NCBI GenBank assembly: GCA_964486225.1 | Contig: CAZAMQ010000003.1 | Span: 1 to 60,677 of the forward strand | From: an uncultured Thermoplasmata archaeon | GTDB lineage: Archaea; Thermoplasmatota; Thermoplasmata; Halarchaeoplasmatales; Halarchaeoplasmataceae | Length of the DNA: 60,677 bases | Direction: 5' to 3' | In this document: positions 49,854-58,960 of the stretch, piece after piece | Numbering within the stretch: position 1 is the stretch's first letter | How the letters are laid out: the number at the start of each line of letters is the position of its first letter | Notes under the pieces: generated by a model | Seen by the model: the letters and a program-made list of their open reading frames with translations, nothing else | Databases searched by the model: none | Told to the model about the DNA's origin: nothing | Program-made: the position numbers and the translations under genes

Positions 49854-50777
49854 ATGAAAGACCGGTCTGGGGCTTTTGGTGAAACTGTAAAAAGTTTTTT
49901 GCGCGTAAGTAGATGGCAAATTCAGTTAGTGTCCATCGCCTCAATTCTCCTGGGACCTCTTTTCGCAGCGGATAAGATAGGGGATCTTTTATCCGTGGAC
50001 ATATTATGGTTCGCCGTTTTCTTCTATGCAGTGGTTACATTTTCATGCAACATAAACTGCTTCTATGATGTAGAACTCGATACCCTCAGGAAGAGGGAAC
50101 TTGCAAAGTCGGTAAATCACCTGGGTAAGAAGATGATATCCTTGATGGCCGCCGAAACTTTCGTAGCCACCCTGGCCTTGCTGGCGCTGTACATGAGAGG
50201 CCATACCATGATAGTGGTATTAGGCATCCTGGGCTGGTTGCTCGCATACACGTATTCGGCCCCACCTCTAAGGATCAAATCCAAAGGTATATTGAGTCCA
50301 ATACCGGTGAACATAGGCGTGTATATACTTCCGCCCCTTGCAGGATATTTGATCGTCGGTGACGAACTGACCGGTACGTTCATACTGTTCCTAGCAGGCT
50401 ACTCGCTTCTGAATCTCGGTATAAACCTTGTAAACGTCTCGGAGGACCATTCTACGGACATGGCGGCAGGCGTGAAAACCATCTCCCACTCTCTTGGGTT
50501 GAAGGGAACTCTTGCCTTAGCGGGTATTTCATCCGCAGTTGGCTCCGCATCTGTGTTGATATCTTTTAGTATACTGCTCACCTTCCATGCAACAACGGCG
50601 GTCTTGTTTATTTTATGTGTCTTTACAATGGTGCTAACCACCGTCGATATCAGTATTATATCGTTAAAAAAAGAAAGCCTCGAGATGTTGGCACGGGATA
50701 AGGCTGGAAAACTACCTTTCTACTTCATAGTAACTAGATACCCTATGGTTCTCCTGCTCTTATTTAACCTGTTATAG
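49854..50777 (+). CDS. UbiA-superfamily prenyltransferase
   Basis: NCFYDVELD, YSAPPLRIK, EDHSTDMAAGVKT; multiple TMs. Confidence 0.88.
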   Translation: MKDRSGAFGETVKSFLRVSRWQIQLVSIASILLGPLFAADKIGDLLSVDILWFAVFFYAVVTFSCNINCFYDVELDTLRKRELAKSVNHLGKKMISLMAAETFVATLALLALYMRGHTMIVVLGILGWLLAYTYSAPPLRIKSKGILSPIPVNIGVYILPPLAGYLIVGDELTGTFILFLAGYSLLNLGINLVNVSEDHSTDMAAGVKTISHSLGLKGTLALAGISSAVGSASVLISFSILLTFHATTAVLFILCVFTMVLTTVDISIISLKKESLEMLARDKAGKLPFYFIVTRYPMVLLLLFNLL

Positions 50778-50828
50778 GCACCCAAAAATTTATTATCGTC
50801 TGTATCCGATGTGATATCAGGCGATAAA

Positions 50829-51395
50829 ATGAGAGTGAAATGGTTGGGAAATTCGTGTGTAGAACTACTAAGTGAAGAAAGAGTGGTCATAGACCCGCAC
50901 CCCACTGTTGAGTTATATGGGGAAGTAGACAAGATCCTTATCACCCACGAACATGATGACCACTTTGATAGGTCCGTTTTTGAAAGCATCTCAGAGGATG
51001 CGGAAGTCTATGCTCCGAAGTACACACTGGATAAATACGATATCCATGGTACTGCAGTGAAGCCCGGTGATGAATTCGAGAATATAAAGGTACTAACCTG
51101 CCAATGCTGGAAGTCAAAAGAGAGTGTAGGATATCTATACAAAGGAATACTTCATCCGGGAGATTCATCGAACTTTTCCGGGGTAGAGCAGGTGAAATTG
51201 GCTTTCACCCCTTGCTTTCCGGACAATTATGAAGATTATGTTGAAAAATTCTGTGCCATAGAACCCGGCATAGTGGTCCCCTTTCATTACGCTCCTGCAA
51301 AAAATTTGGAAGATGCTCGAGGATTGATCAAAATGCTAGAGAAAAATAGTTTAATGTGCAAACTACTGTCTCCCGGGGACGATTTAATACTCTAG
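50829..51395 (+). CDS. Metallo-beta-lactamase fold hydrolase
   Basis: IDP, THEHDDH, HPGD, VPFHY. Confidence 0.88.
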   Translation: MRVKWLGNSCVELLSEERVVIDPHPTVELYGEVDKILITHEHDDHFDRSVFESISEDAEVYAPKYTLDKYDIHGTAVKPGDEFENIKVLTCQCWKSKESVGYLYKGILHPGDSSNFSGVEQVKLAFTPCFPDNYEDYVEKFCAIEPGIVVPFHYAPAKNLEDARGLIKMLEKNSLMCKLLSPGDDLIL

Positions 51396-52483
51396 GTTTT
51401 TGGGTTTCTGATCAAGTATCGATAGTAGTCCGGTAATTTATTATCAGTGTTCTCCAGAGCAAGACAGCCGCATAAAGGCTCCGGATAGCTACGTTTCATC
51501 TTCCCCCAAATATCCCCTATATTTTCTCGGTTTATATTACCCTGGCTCTCCTGCAGCATATCGCAGGGGTAAACGTCACCTGATGCGGTGATATGCATTC
51601 TGTTGAAACCGGCGGTGCAACCCATGAACTCGGAGCTGTCCATGAAAGGACCAGAGATGACCCGAGGGTAGCCAGACTCTCTTTTCGATAATTTCTGTAT
51701 GTTCAGAAGATACTCTCTGTCCTCACCTCTCAATAAATACGTGCTATCCGAAAGTGTCGGCTCGAATATGGCTACATCGGTAACTCCCTTTTTTTTGACG
51801 AATTTAAGGTAAGAGTCCAACTGGGAGATCCTGTCCGAGGTAACCACTATCCAAGTCCCGGTGAGCATCCCTGCCTCAGTGATGTTCTTTATGCTCTCCA
51901 TACTGACTTCGTATGCACCCTTACGGCCCATTATCTCATCGTTCTTCTTCTCGTTGTGATGCTCCAAAGCGACTAAAACACCTTGGCAGCCGGCTTTTTT
52001 TAATGCTCTTGCACGTTCACTAGTCACTGGTCCCGGTGTTGATACAAGTGCGATAGAAGAACCGGAAGCCGCCTTAACGAGCTCTTCAACATAATCAACT
52101 AGAAGAGGATTTCCGCCAGTGAAAAGGAATTGGAAGGTTCCGAGTTCTTTCAAATCTTTGATCACTTTCTGCAGAATATCTTTTTCCAGCTTTTCATCCT
52201 CACCGGATGTAGTACAGTGCCAGCATCGATTTTCGCAAGCCGTGGTTAGTGAGATATTGACAATTTCGGGGACAGATTCGCCCCTAGAAGCCTTCAACTG
52301 AGCATCAAGGAATGTATCGAAGGCTTCGGAAGGTAGGGGGGGCAGGTAGATGGACAATATTTTTTTTCCGTTGAGTTTTTGGACGTTTTTCCGATCACGT
52401 ATGCTCATAAAATATTTGAAAACGAAGAGTTTGAATCTCCGGGGCAGCTTTCTCGCCCTTGGATTCAATAGAAGTTTAAGCAC
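51392..52483 (-). CDS. Radical SAM protein with SPASM/twitch-type C-terminal domain
   Basis: CENRCWHC, FTGGNP, GCTAG...GDVYPC, CGC. Confidence 0.9.
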   Translation of the reverse strand: MLKLLLNPRARKLPRRFKLFVFKYFMSIRDRKNVQKLNGKKILSIYLPPLPSEAFDTFLDAQLKASRGESVPEIVNISLTTACENRCWHCTTSGEDEKLEKDILQKVIKDLKELGTFQFLFTGGNPLLVDYVEELVKAASGSSIALVSTPGPVTSERARALKKAGCQGVLVALEHHNEKKNDEIMGRKGAYEVSMESIKNITEAGMLTGTWIVVTSDRISQLDSYLKFVKKKGVTDVAIFEPTLSDSTYLLRGEDREYLLNIQKLSKRESGYPRVISGPFMDSSEFMGCTAGFNRMHITASGDVYPCDMLQESQGNINRENIGDIWGKMKRSYPEPLCGCLALENTDNKLPDYYRYLIRNPKT

Positions 52484-52486
52484 ACC

Positions 52487-53653
52487 CTAGACCTCCAGTG
52501 TCATATCTTTTCCCTTGATGAGACCTTTTACCGTATCGTTAACTAGCTCACTACCAAACTCATGGCGCAATCCGTCCATTGTGATCCTGCCGTCACAGGT
52601 GTCCAGTAACCGAACGACAGACGGATCGGCGGGCAGTGACGTCTCCCTGAATATCAATTCTCCATCCTTCTCAAGGTACCTACCCAGTAATTTAGGCCTG
52701 TAATGGCCTTCAAGCTCGGGTACCGTGAACCGTGTTATTTGCCCTTCACGACGATTCGGATAAAAGGCGAACAGAGGAGCCGGCACATCGAATTTTACAC
52801 GATGTACGTGGTCGTAGGCCTCCATACCCGCACTCGCACCCTCACCTACCGCCTTTGCGACGGAGAACGGCGGGCCGGTGACGTCTCCAGCGGCGAATAT
52901 ACCCCGGGAGATACGGTATTTACGGTCGATATTTTGGAAACCGTTATGGTCTAAAATCTTGGGACATGATAGATTGTTGTTCATGTAAGATTCGAAATCA
53001 ACGTGTATGAAATCGCCGGTTATCTCTTTGTCAGCGGTCAAAACAGATATTTTACCGTCTGCGGTTTCCCTGTAGCCTCTTATGTTTTTACCGGTGTCTT
53101 CGACGGTTAAAACTTCCATACGTCCTTTGTTTATCCTTTGGAATAACTTAATCGTAGTGTCCATGGGCGGTGTACCGATAAAGATGATCCGCTTTCCGTC
53201 GTGTTCGCTGCAAAATCGTGAAAAGTGCTCCTCCATGTAGCGATAGCCTTTCAGAGTGCCGTAGAGTTTTTTCGGGAAGAATTCTTTTTCGTTCCAGGTC
53301 ATCCTCATCCCAGTGCATATGATAACGGCAAGACAACGGTACATATCGGTATCAGTGGCTACCACCACCATGTCATCTTCCCGATAAACATCGCTGACCG
53401 TATCTTTTATGATCGGAATATTGTAATCCCTTATATCGGAAAGAAATTTTTTGGTAAGCTCTCCCTTTTCATAGCTCCAACCGTCGCCGGTGATCCGTAC
53501 CTTCCACCAGTTCGCAAGCCCTCCGGGTTCCGAATTGGTGATGATGGTCACACTGGCCGGTAACAGATTGAAGGTTCGTACCCGACGCGCTCTTGCAGCG
53601 GCAGATAGGCCCGCCGGGCCAGCGCCTACGATGATCACGTCGGAATCGTACAT
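52487..53653 (-). CDS. FAD-dependent oxidoreductase (TrxB-like fold, no CxxC) with C-terminal PqqD/RRE-like domain
   Basis: GAGPAG, CTG, GIFAAGDVT..AVGEG; tail VRLLDTCDGRITMDGL..ELVNDTVKGL. Confidence 0.8.
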   Translation of the reverse strand: MYDSDVIIVGAGPAGLSAAARARRVRTFNLLPASVTIITNSEPGGLANWWKVRITGDGWSYEKGELTKKFLSDIRDYNIPIIKDTVSDVYREDDMVVVATDTDMYRCLAVIICTGMRMTWNEKEFFPKKLYGTLKGYRYMEEHFSRFCSEHDGKRIIFIGTPPMDTTIKLFQRINKGRMEVLTVEDTGKNIRGYRETADGKISVLTADKEITGDFIHVDFESYMNNNLSCPKILDHNGFQNIDRKYRISRGIFAAGDVTGPPFSVAKAVGEGASAGMEAYDHVHRVKFDVPAPLFAFYPNRREGQITRFTVPELEGHYRPKLLGRYLEKDGELIFRETSLPADPSVVRLLDTCDGRITMDGLRHEFGSELVNDTVKGLIKGKDMTLEV

Positions 53654-53756
53654 GGATGGAGACTATGCTCTCTCTTTAATAATCTTTATCATCGTCTCCG
53701 GAGAGTGGTATTTTTTTAGAACTTAAAATATTTTACTCAAATCACCTTCCCAAAGA

Positions 53757-53764
53757 TATAAATA
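53757..53764 (+). promoter_or_regulatory. TATA box with A-rich BRE for the 22-aa ORF
   Basis: CCAAAGA-TATAAATA about 35 nt upstream of ATG 53799. Confidence 0.6.
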
Positions 53765-53798
53765 ATACCTCTATATCCTACCGAAAAAGGTGAAAACC

Positions 53799-53867
53799 AT
53801 GAACGATAGAAAAAGAGAGATAATACGGCAAATCGACGAGATAATCGCTGAGATAGAGAGGGCATGA
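53799..53867 (+). CDS. 22-aa small peptide MNDRKREIIRQIDEIIAEIERA (not in ORF track)
   Basis: SD AGGTGA 5 nt before the ATG; own TATA box; fills the gap between two minus-strand genes. Confidence 0.6.
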   Translation: MNDRKREIIRQIDEIIAEIERA

Positions 53868-53874
53868 AATAACG

Positions 53875-55512
53875 TTAGTACTTACCCCGTTTAATTATTA
53901 TAGCCAGTAACCATATACCGATCAGTACGGAAACCATGAATATATAGGGGCCGAAAAGAGGTTGTTCCGTTGATAGCACTATCAACGCCGAACCAATAAT
54001 AATTGCCGCGGTGATTATGGTAAAGCTAAGTCGATTTGATATAAGTTCGAGAGTCCCCTCCATCTCTTTTAGACCCTTGTGTTCTATGGTAACTGCAAAA
54101 TCCCGGTCTTCAAATCCCTCTAATATCTTATTCATCTTATGTGGAAAATCCGTTACGAGTTGATGATACCCCTGTACCGTATCCACGACCTTTTTCACCT
54201 GGGCCTTGGGCCCGTATCTTCTGCGTATTACCTCCTTCACTACCGGAGCCGAGATATCGAAGAAATCGAATTTTGGGTCGAGTGTGGTGCAGACGCCTTC
54301 AGTCTCTATAAGTGCACGTTCCATAAGGATGAAGTTGGCCGGGAGAGTGATATTGTGTTTAAAGGCTATCATCATTATCTCTTCGTTTGCTCCCTCTTTG
54401 AACATAACATCAGTTTTGTGCTTGTAAAGATCGAGTATGTTCTCTATATCCCATTCCAACAGTTCAATATCAACTTCTCCTTTATATTCGCTTAGATCAA
54501 GAAGTATATCCCTTACCTCTCCGGCATCCCCCTTGATCATGGCGATGAACATATCTATCAACTTTTCTCTCCTAGATACGGGGAGCCACCCTATAGCACC
54601 GAAATCCAGAAGTACGATCTTGTCATCTTCCGTATAGTATATATTACCCGGCGAGGGGTCCGCGTGGAAGATACCGTGGATCAGGAACTGTTTGAACATG
54701 GCCTGGGCGAACTTTCGTGCCAGGTCCCTCTTTTCTCCCACAGGTAAGTCAGTGTCGATGGCATGTCTGATGCTTTTTCCATGGACGTTATCCAGGACTA
54801 GAACCTTGGATGTGACGTGATCCCAATGTACTCTGGGTACGATAACATCCGGGTCTTCCGCAAAGGCATCGTAAAACCTCTGAGCGTTACGTGCTTCGAT
54901 AGTATAATTCAACTCCATCCGGAGCATCTTTTTAAACTCTTTTACCGTATCGTGCGGATGATACATTTCGCTGTCAGGTATGATATCTTCTATGAGTTTA
55001 GCTACCCTAGCTATCAGGTCCATATCAGCTTCCACTTTACGCCTGATATCCGGACGTTGTACCTTGACGACAACATCCTCGCCTGTTTTCAGCGTTGCCT
55101 CGTGCACTTGGCCTATTGACGCGGCGGCCAATGGTGTATTGTAGAATTCATCGAAAACATCCTCCAATTTGCATCCCAATTCATCCTCGATTATCTCTCT
55201 CGCCTTCTCGGATGAAAAAGGTGTAGCTTGTTCGTACAGTAATCTTAATTCGTTGGCGAATTCGATGGGGACCAGATCGGGTCTTAGCGACAGGAACTGG
55301 CCTAACTTGATGAAGGTAGGACCAAGGTCTTCGAACAGATGTCTGAGATCTTCCGCTTTAACCTTTTCAACCCTTTTCTCGATGCTCTCTTCCAACCGTT
55401 TACGTGAAATAAAACTCATCAGTCCGAGCTCTTTGACGAAATCGACCAGGCCGTGGTCTAATAATATCTGTGTGATCTGTCTGATACGTTCTATCTTGCC
55501 GATTTTCTTCAT
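53875..55512 (-). CDS. ABC1/AarF/UbiB atypical kinase
   Basis: LGPTFIKLGQ, AAASIGQVH, VKVQRP, FHADP.PGN, LDFG; two C-terminal TMs; likely start ATG 55512. Confidence 0.93.
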   Translation of the reverse strand: MKKIGKIERIRQITQILLDHGLVDFVKELGLMSFISRKRLEESIEKRVEKVKAEDLRHLFEDLGPTFIKLGQFLSLRPDLVPIEFANELRLLYEQATPFSSEKAREIIEDELGCKLEDVFDEFYNTPLAAASIGQVHEATLKTGEDVVVKVQRPDIRRKVEADMDLIARVAKLIEDIIPDSEMYHPHDTVKEFKKMLRMELNYTIEARNAQRFYDAFAEDPDVIVPRVHWDHVTSKVLVLDNVHGKSIRHAIDTDLPVGEKRDLARKFAQAMFKQFLIHGIFHADPSPGNIYYTEDDKIVLLDFGAIGWLPVSRREKLIDMFIAMIKGDAGEVRDILLDLSEYKGEVDIELLEWDIENILDLYKHKTDVMFKEGANEEIMMIAFKHNITLPANFILMERALIETEGVCTTLDPKFDFFDISAPVVKEVIRRRYGPKAQVKKVVDTVQGYHQLVTDFPHKMNKILEGFEDRDFAVTIEHKGLKEMEGTLELISNRLSFTIITAAIIIGSALIVLSTEQPLFGPYIFMVSVLIGIWLLAIIIKRGKY

Positions 55513-55582
55513 TTTTTTCACTATTTGTTGACCTAAAGAGGGCAACACTTATATATAAGATGTGGTTGCAGAAGATTAAGGA

Positions 55583-55646
55583 AGTGAGCTGTAGAGGTGA
55601 ACTATTTTTTCTCCTCCTCAAACCGGTAAATCCTCTACAGCTTACT
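55583..55646. repeat. 15-bp inverted repeat between divergent genes
   Basis: AGTGAGCTGTAGAGG (55583-97) and CCTCTACAGCTTACT (55632-46), one G-T pair, 34-nt spacer. Confidence 0.8.
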
Positions 55647-55704
55647 AAACCTTATTCTGTAAAGCTTTAAATAGGTTTCTCATACTACAGATGAAAGTGA
55701 AAAG

Positions 55705-57072
55705 ATGACCACGCCTGAGCCATTCAAGATAAAGATGGTAGAACATCTTAACATCCTGACCAAAGATGAACGGAAACAAAAATTGGAGGAGAAAGGTTAC
55801 AATGTGTTTAAGTTAAAGGCCGAAGATGTCTTCATTGACTTGCTTACAGACTCCGGAACGTCGGCCATGAGCGATGAACAATGGGGGGCCATGCTCACCG
55901 CCCAGCAATCATATGCAGGTGGTGATTCATACTATTTACTGGAGAAAGCGGTGTCTGACATATTCGATTTCGATAAGTTCGTCATGGTGCACCAGGGAAG
56001 GGCGGCTGAGAATGTATTGTTCTCCATAATGGTGTCGGACGATGATTTTGTTCCCAATAATATGCACTTCGATACCACAAAGGCAAATGTGAAACACAAG
56101 GGAGGTATACCCCTGGACCTTGTGATTGATGACGCATATGATCCTGGAAAGCATGTAGACTTCAAAGGTAACATGGACATCGACAAGTTGCGAGAGCTGA
56201 TAGATGAGAATGGGACAAAAAACATACCTCTCATAATGCTGACTGTTACCAACAACACAGCAGGCGGCCAACCTGTCTCCATGAAGAACATCAGAGAGGT
56301 CGGCTCCATTGCATCCGAATACTGTATCCCCTTCTTCCTAGACGCATGCAGATTCGCTGAAAATGCATACTTTATTAAAACACGTGAAAAGGGCTACTCG
56401 GACAAGGACATACGGGAAATAGTCAAGGAGATGTTTTCATATGTCGACGGATTCACATTCAGTGCTAAAAAAGATGCCCTCTCAAACATCGGTGGTATGA
56501 TAGGCGTGAAGGATGAAAACCTTTACCATAGATGTACCGATCTTGCGATAATCATCGAGGGGTTCCCTACCTACGGTGGCATGGCCTGCAGGGACCTTGC
56601 AGCCATCGCAAGAGGCCTTTATGAATCAACGAGATACGAGTATCTCGAATACCGGGTAGGTCAGGTGTACTATCTCGCGAGTCTTTTGAAGAAGGGGGGA
56701 GTTCCTATGGTCGAACCTACCGGTGGACACGCCGTCTTCATCGATGCAAGGCGTTTCTTACCGCATATACCTCCCGTTCAATTCCCGGCACAAGCACTGA
56801 CCGCATGGCTATACATAGAATCCGGGATAAGAGGTGTAGAACTGGGCACTTGTGCCTTCGGAGAGACGGACGAAGATGGAAATATCATACCGGCACCCTT
56901 CGACAACATGCGGTTAGCAATACCCAGAAGAGTATATACACAATATCACCTCAAATACGTAGCTGAACAGTTAATATCCTTGTATGAAAAAAGAGATGAG
57001 ATCAGAGGGATGAAGAGAACATACGCACCTGAGTTATTGGGGCACTTCATGTCTGAGTTCAAACCGATTTGA
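55705..57072 (+). CDS. tnaA: Tryptophanase (beta-eliminating lyase)
   Basis: EPFKIKMVE, IDLLTDSGT, HQGRAAE, SAKKD PLP-lysine motif, RLAIPRRVYT. Confidence 0.9.
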   Translation: MTTPEPFKIKMVEHLNILTKDERKQKLEEKGYNVFKLKAEDVFIDLLTDSGTSAMSDEQWGAMLTAQQSYAGGDSYYLLEKAVSDIFDFDKFVMVHQGRAAENVLFSIMVSDDDFVPNNMHFDTTKANVKHKGGIPLDLVIDDAYDPGKHVDFKGNMDIDKLRELIDENGTKNIPLIMLTVTNNTAGGQPVSMKNIREVGSIASEYCIPFFLDACRFAENAYFIKTREKGYSDKDIREIVKEMFSYVDGFTFSAKKDALSNIGGMIGVKDENLYHRCTDLAIIIEGFPTYGGMACRDLAAIARGLYESTRYEYLEYRVGQVYYLASLLKKGGVPMVEPTGGHAVFIDARRFLPHIPPVQFPAQALTAWLYIESGIRGVELGTCAFGETDEDGNIIPAPFDNMRLAIPRRVYTQYHLKYVAEQLISLYEKRDEIRGMKRTYAPELLGHFMSEFKPI

Positions 57073-57132
57073 GTAATCGTACCAAATAGTATATATATAC
57101 CCTCACGGATTTAAGAATATAGAGGAATAACT

Positions 57133-58620
57133 ATGTCGGTGAAGAAAATAATAGTCGCTTTTGCCGCTTTGGTCGTAATTGCGAGCAGCATGAACATCCT
57201 GGTCTCAGGACAACTAGATGTCACACCGCCGAGAAATTTGAACGCAACCGGTCGTGATGGTTATGTAGAGGTAGAATGGCTGCCGCCGGCATTCGGTGCT
57301 GAGAGAGTGACCGAATATCGTCTATACCGGAGTCTCTCTGATCAAAAATATTATCATACTAGCGTTGACTCCAATACACATTCATTATGGGACGAAGAGG
57401 TTGAGAACGGCAGGACATATTATTACTGGATTACTGCGGTCTATGATGATGGTAGAGAAACAGAATTCTCCAACCAAGCTTCGGCTACCCCCACGGGTAT
57501 AAGTCCGCCTACCGCTCCGAGGGACCTCAAGGCGTATCCGGGGAACCTTGAGATAGAACTCAAATGGGATGCGCCGGATGACGATGGAGGAGCCGTGGTG
57601 ATGAATTATCACATATACAGAGGGCCCTCAGCTGATGAACTAGTAAGAAAATATATAATAGGTACCACAAAGGAATATAAAGACACAAATGTTATCAACG
57701 GCCAAACATATTATTACGGCGTCAAGGCGGTGAACGACGAGGGAACCAGTGAGCTTTCCAATATAGTCTCTGCGACTCCCTCAGCAGACATTACGGAGCC
57801 TAGTGCACCTAGAAATCTCAGAACACTCGTTGGAGATAATCTGGTCGAACTATACTGGGAAGCACCTCTAGATGACGGGGGTTCGGCTATCAAATTCTAC
57901 AGTGTAGAAAGGACTAGAGAGGGCATGGGACAACAATTGAGGATATTCGAGTCAGAACATGCTTTTTTATCAGATGATTCTGTCAACAACGGTGTCACCT
58001 ATACTTACAGGGTACGTGCGGTTAACATCGAAGGTATGGGACCGCCGTCAAACGAGGTCATGGCGACACCTTCTTATATTGATATACCACCGGCTCCGGG
58101 TGATCTGGATGCACGGGCAAGTTCCAGGGGAGTATCCCTAACGTGGAGCCAGCCGTACACCGATCTCAACATAACGGGTTATAATTTATACCGGGGAAGA
58201 AGCGAAGATGATATGGTTTTTCTAACCAATGTCGTAGGTTCGACACATTTTGAAGATAACCAAGTGGAAGCCGGTATGACCTATCATTACATGGCCCGAA
58301 CGGTTAGCGGAGAAAAGCTCAGCCTCGAATCTAATATCGACAGCGCAACGGTCATGGAAGATTATTCCCCGGAAGATGACGATACCGACGGGTTCCCTTT
58401 CCTTGCTCTTCTAATCGGTCTCTTGATAGCTGTAGTGGTTATCATCTTTCTCTTCGCATTATTTAAAAAGAAACAGCAGCCATCCGTAAATGAACCGGTA
58501 ATGGACAAGGGATGGCGGCCAGAAGCTGAAGATACCGACCAACCAGAGATAGAAGAGGGGTCTTCGTCAAACGAAGACGTGATAGAGAGAAAAGAAGACG
58601 ACGAATGGACCATCAAGTAG
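57133..58620 (+). CDS. Membrane-anchored protein with four fibronectin type III domains
   Basis: Signal peptide; four P.NL...W..P...Y..YR...Y.Y repeats; C-terminal TM and acidic tail. Confidence 0.9.
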   Translation: MSVKKIIVAFAALVVIASSMNILVSGQLDVTPPRNLNATGRDGYVEVEWLPPAFGAERVTEYRLYRSLSDQKYYHTSVDSNTHSLWDEEVENGRTYYYWITAVYDDGRETEFSNQASATPTGISPPTAPRDLKAYPGNLEIELKWDAPDDDGGAVVMNYHIYRGPSADELVRKYIIGTTKEYKDTNVINGQTYYYGVKAVNDEGTSELSNIVSATPSADITEPSAPRNLRTLVGDNLVELYWEAPLDDGGSAIKFYSVERTREGMGQQLRIFESEHAFLSDDSVNNGVTYTYRVRAVNIEGMGPPSNEVMATPSYIDIPPAPGDLDARASSRGVSLTWSQPYTDLNITGYNLYRGRSEDDMVFLTNVVGSTHFEDNQVEAGMTYHYMARTVSGEKLSLESNIDSATVMEDYSPEDDDTDGFPFLALLIGLLIAVVVIIFLFALFKKKQQPSVNEPVMDKGWRPEAEDTDQPEIEEGSSSNEDVIERKEDDEWTIK

Positions 58621-58684
58621 TCCTGATCGGGTCTCACGTTCTTTCAACTAGGTCATGCAATTGTACCTGGTATCGCCGCACTGG

Positions 58685-58912
58685 TTAGGGCGATATATGC
58701 AGGATCATCTCTTTTTCCAGAGAGTGATATCTTAGTCTACCTTCCTCACGCGAGGATGCGATCCTGGCCTTTTCCAGCAGATCCGGATGATACTTACGGT
58801 ACTTTCCGTCAAGCTTGGCTAGATTTATCAACTCTGAGACGTACTTCTCTCTCTCTCGGACAGTTCGTGTAGAATTATTTTTTGGTGTATAACATGGGGA
58901 TACCCCTTTCAA
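58685..58912 (-). pseudogene. ArsR-type winged-HTH regulator remnant
   Basis: YVSEL...YH.DLLEKA.I..SREEGRLRY.SL; N-terminus looks degenerate. Confidence 0.55.
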
Positions 58913-58960
58913 GGTAAAACGAAAGGAGAATGTACCACAGGTCTCCTTATATCGTACGAT

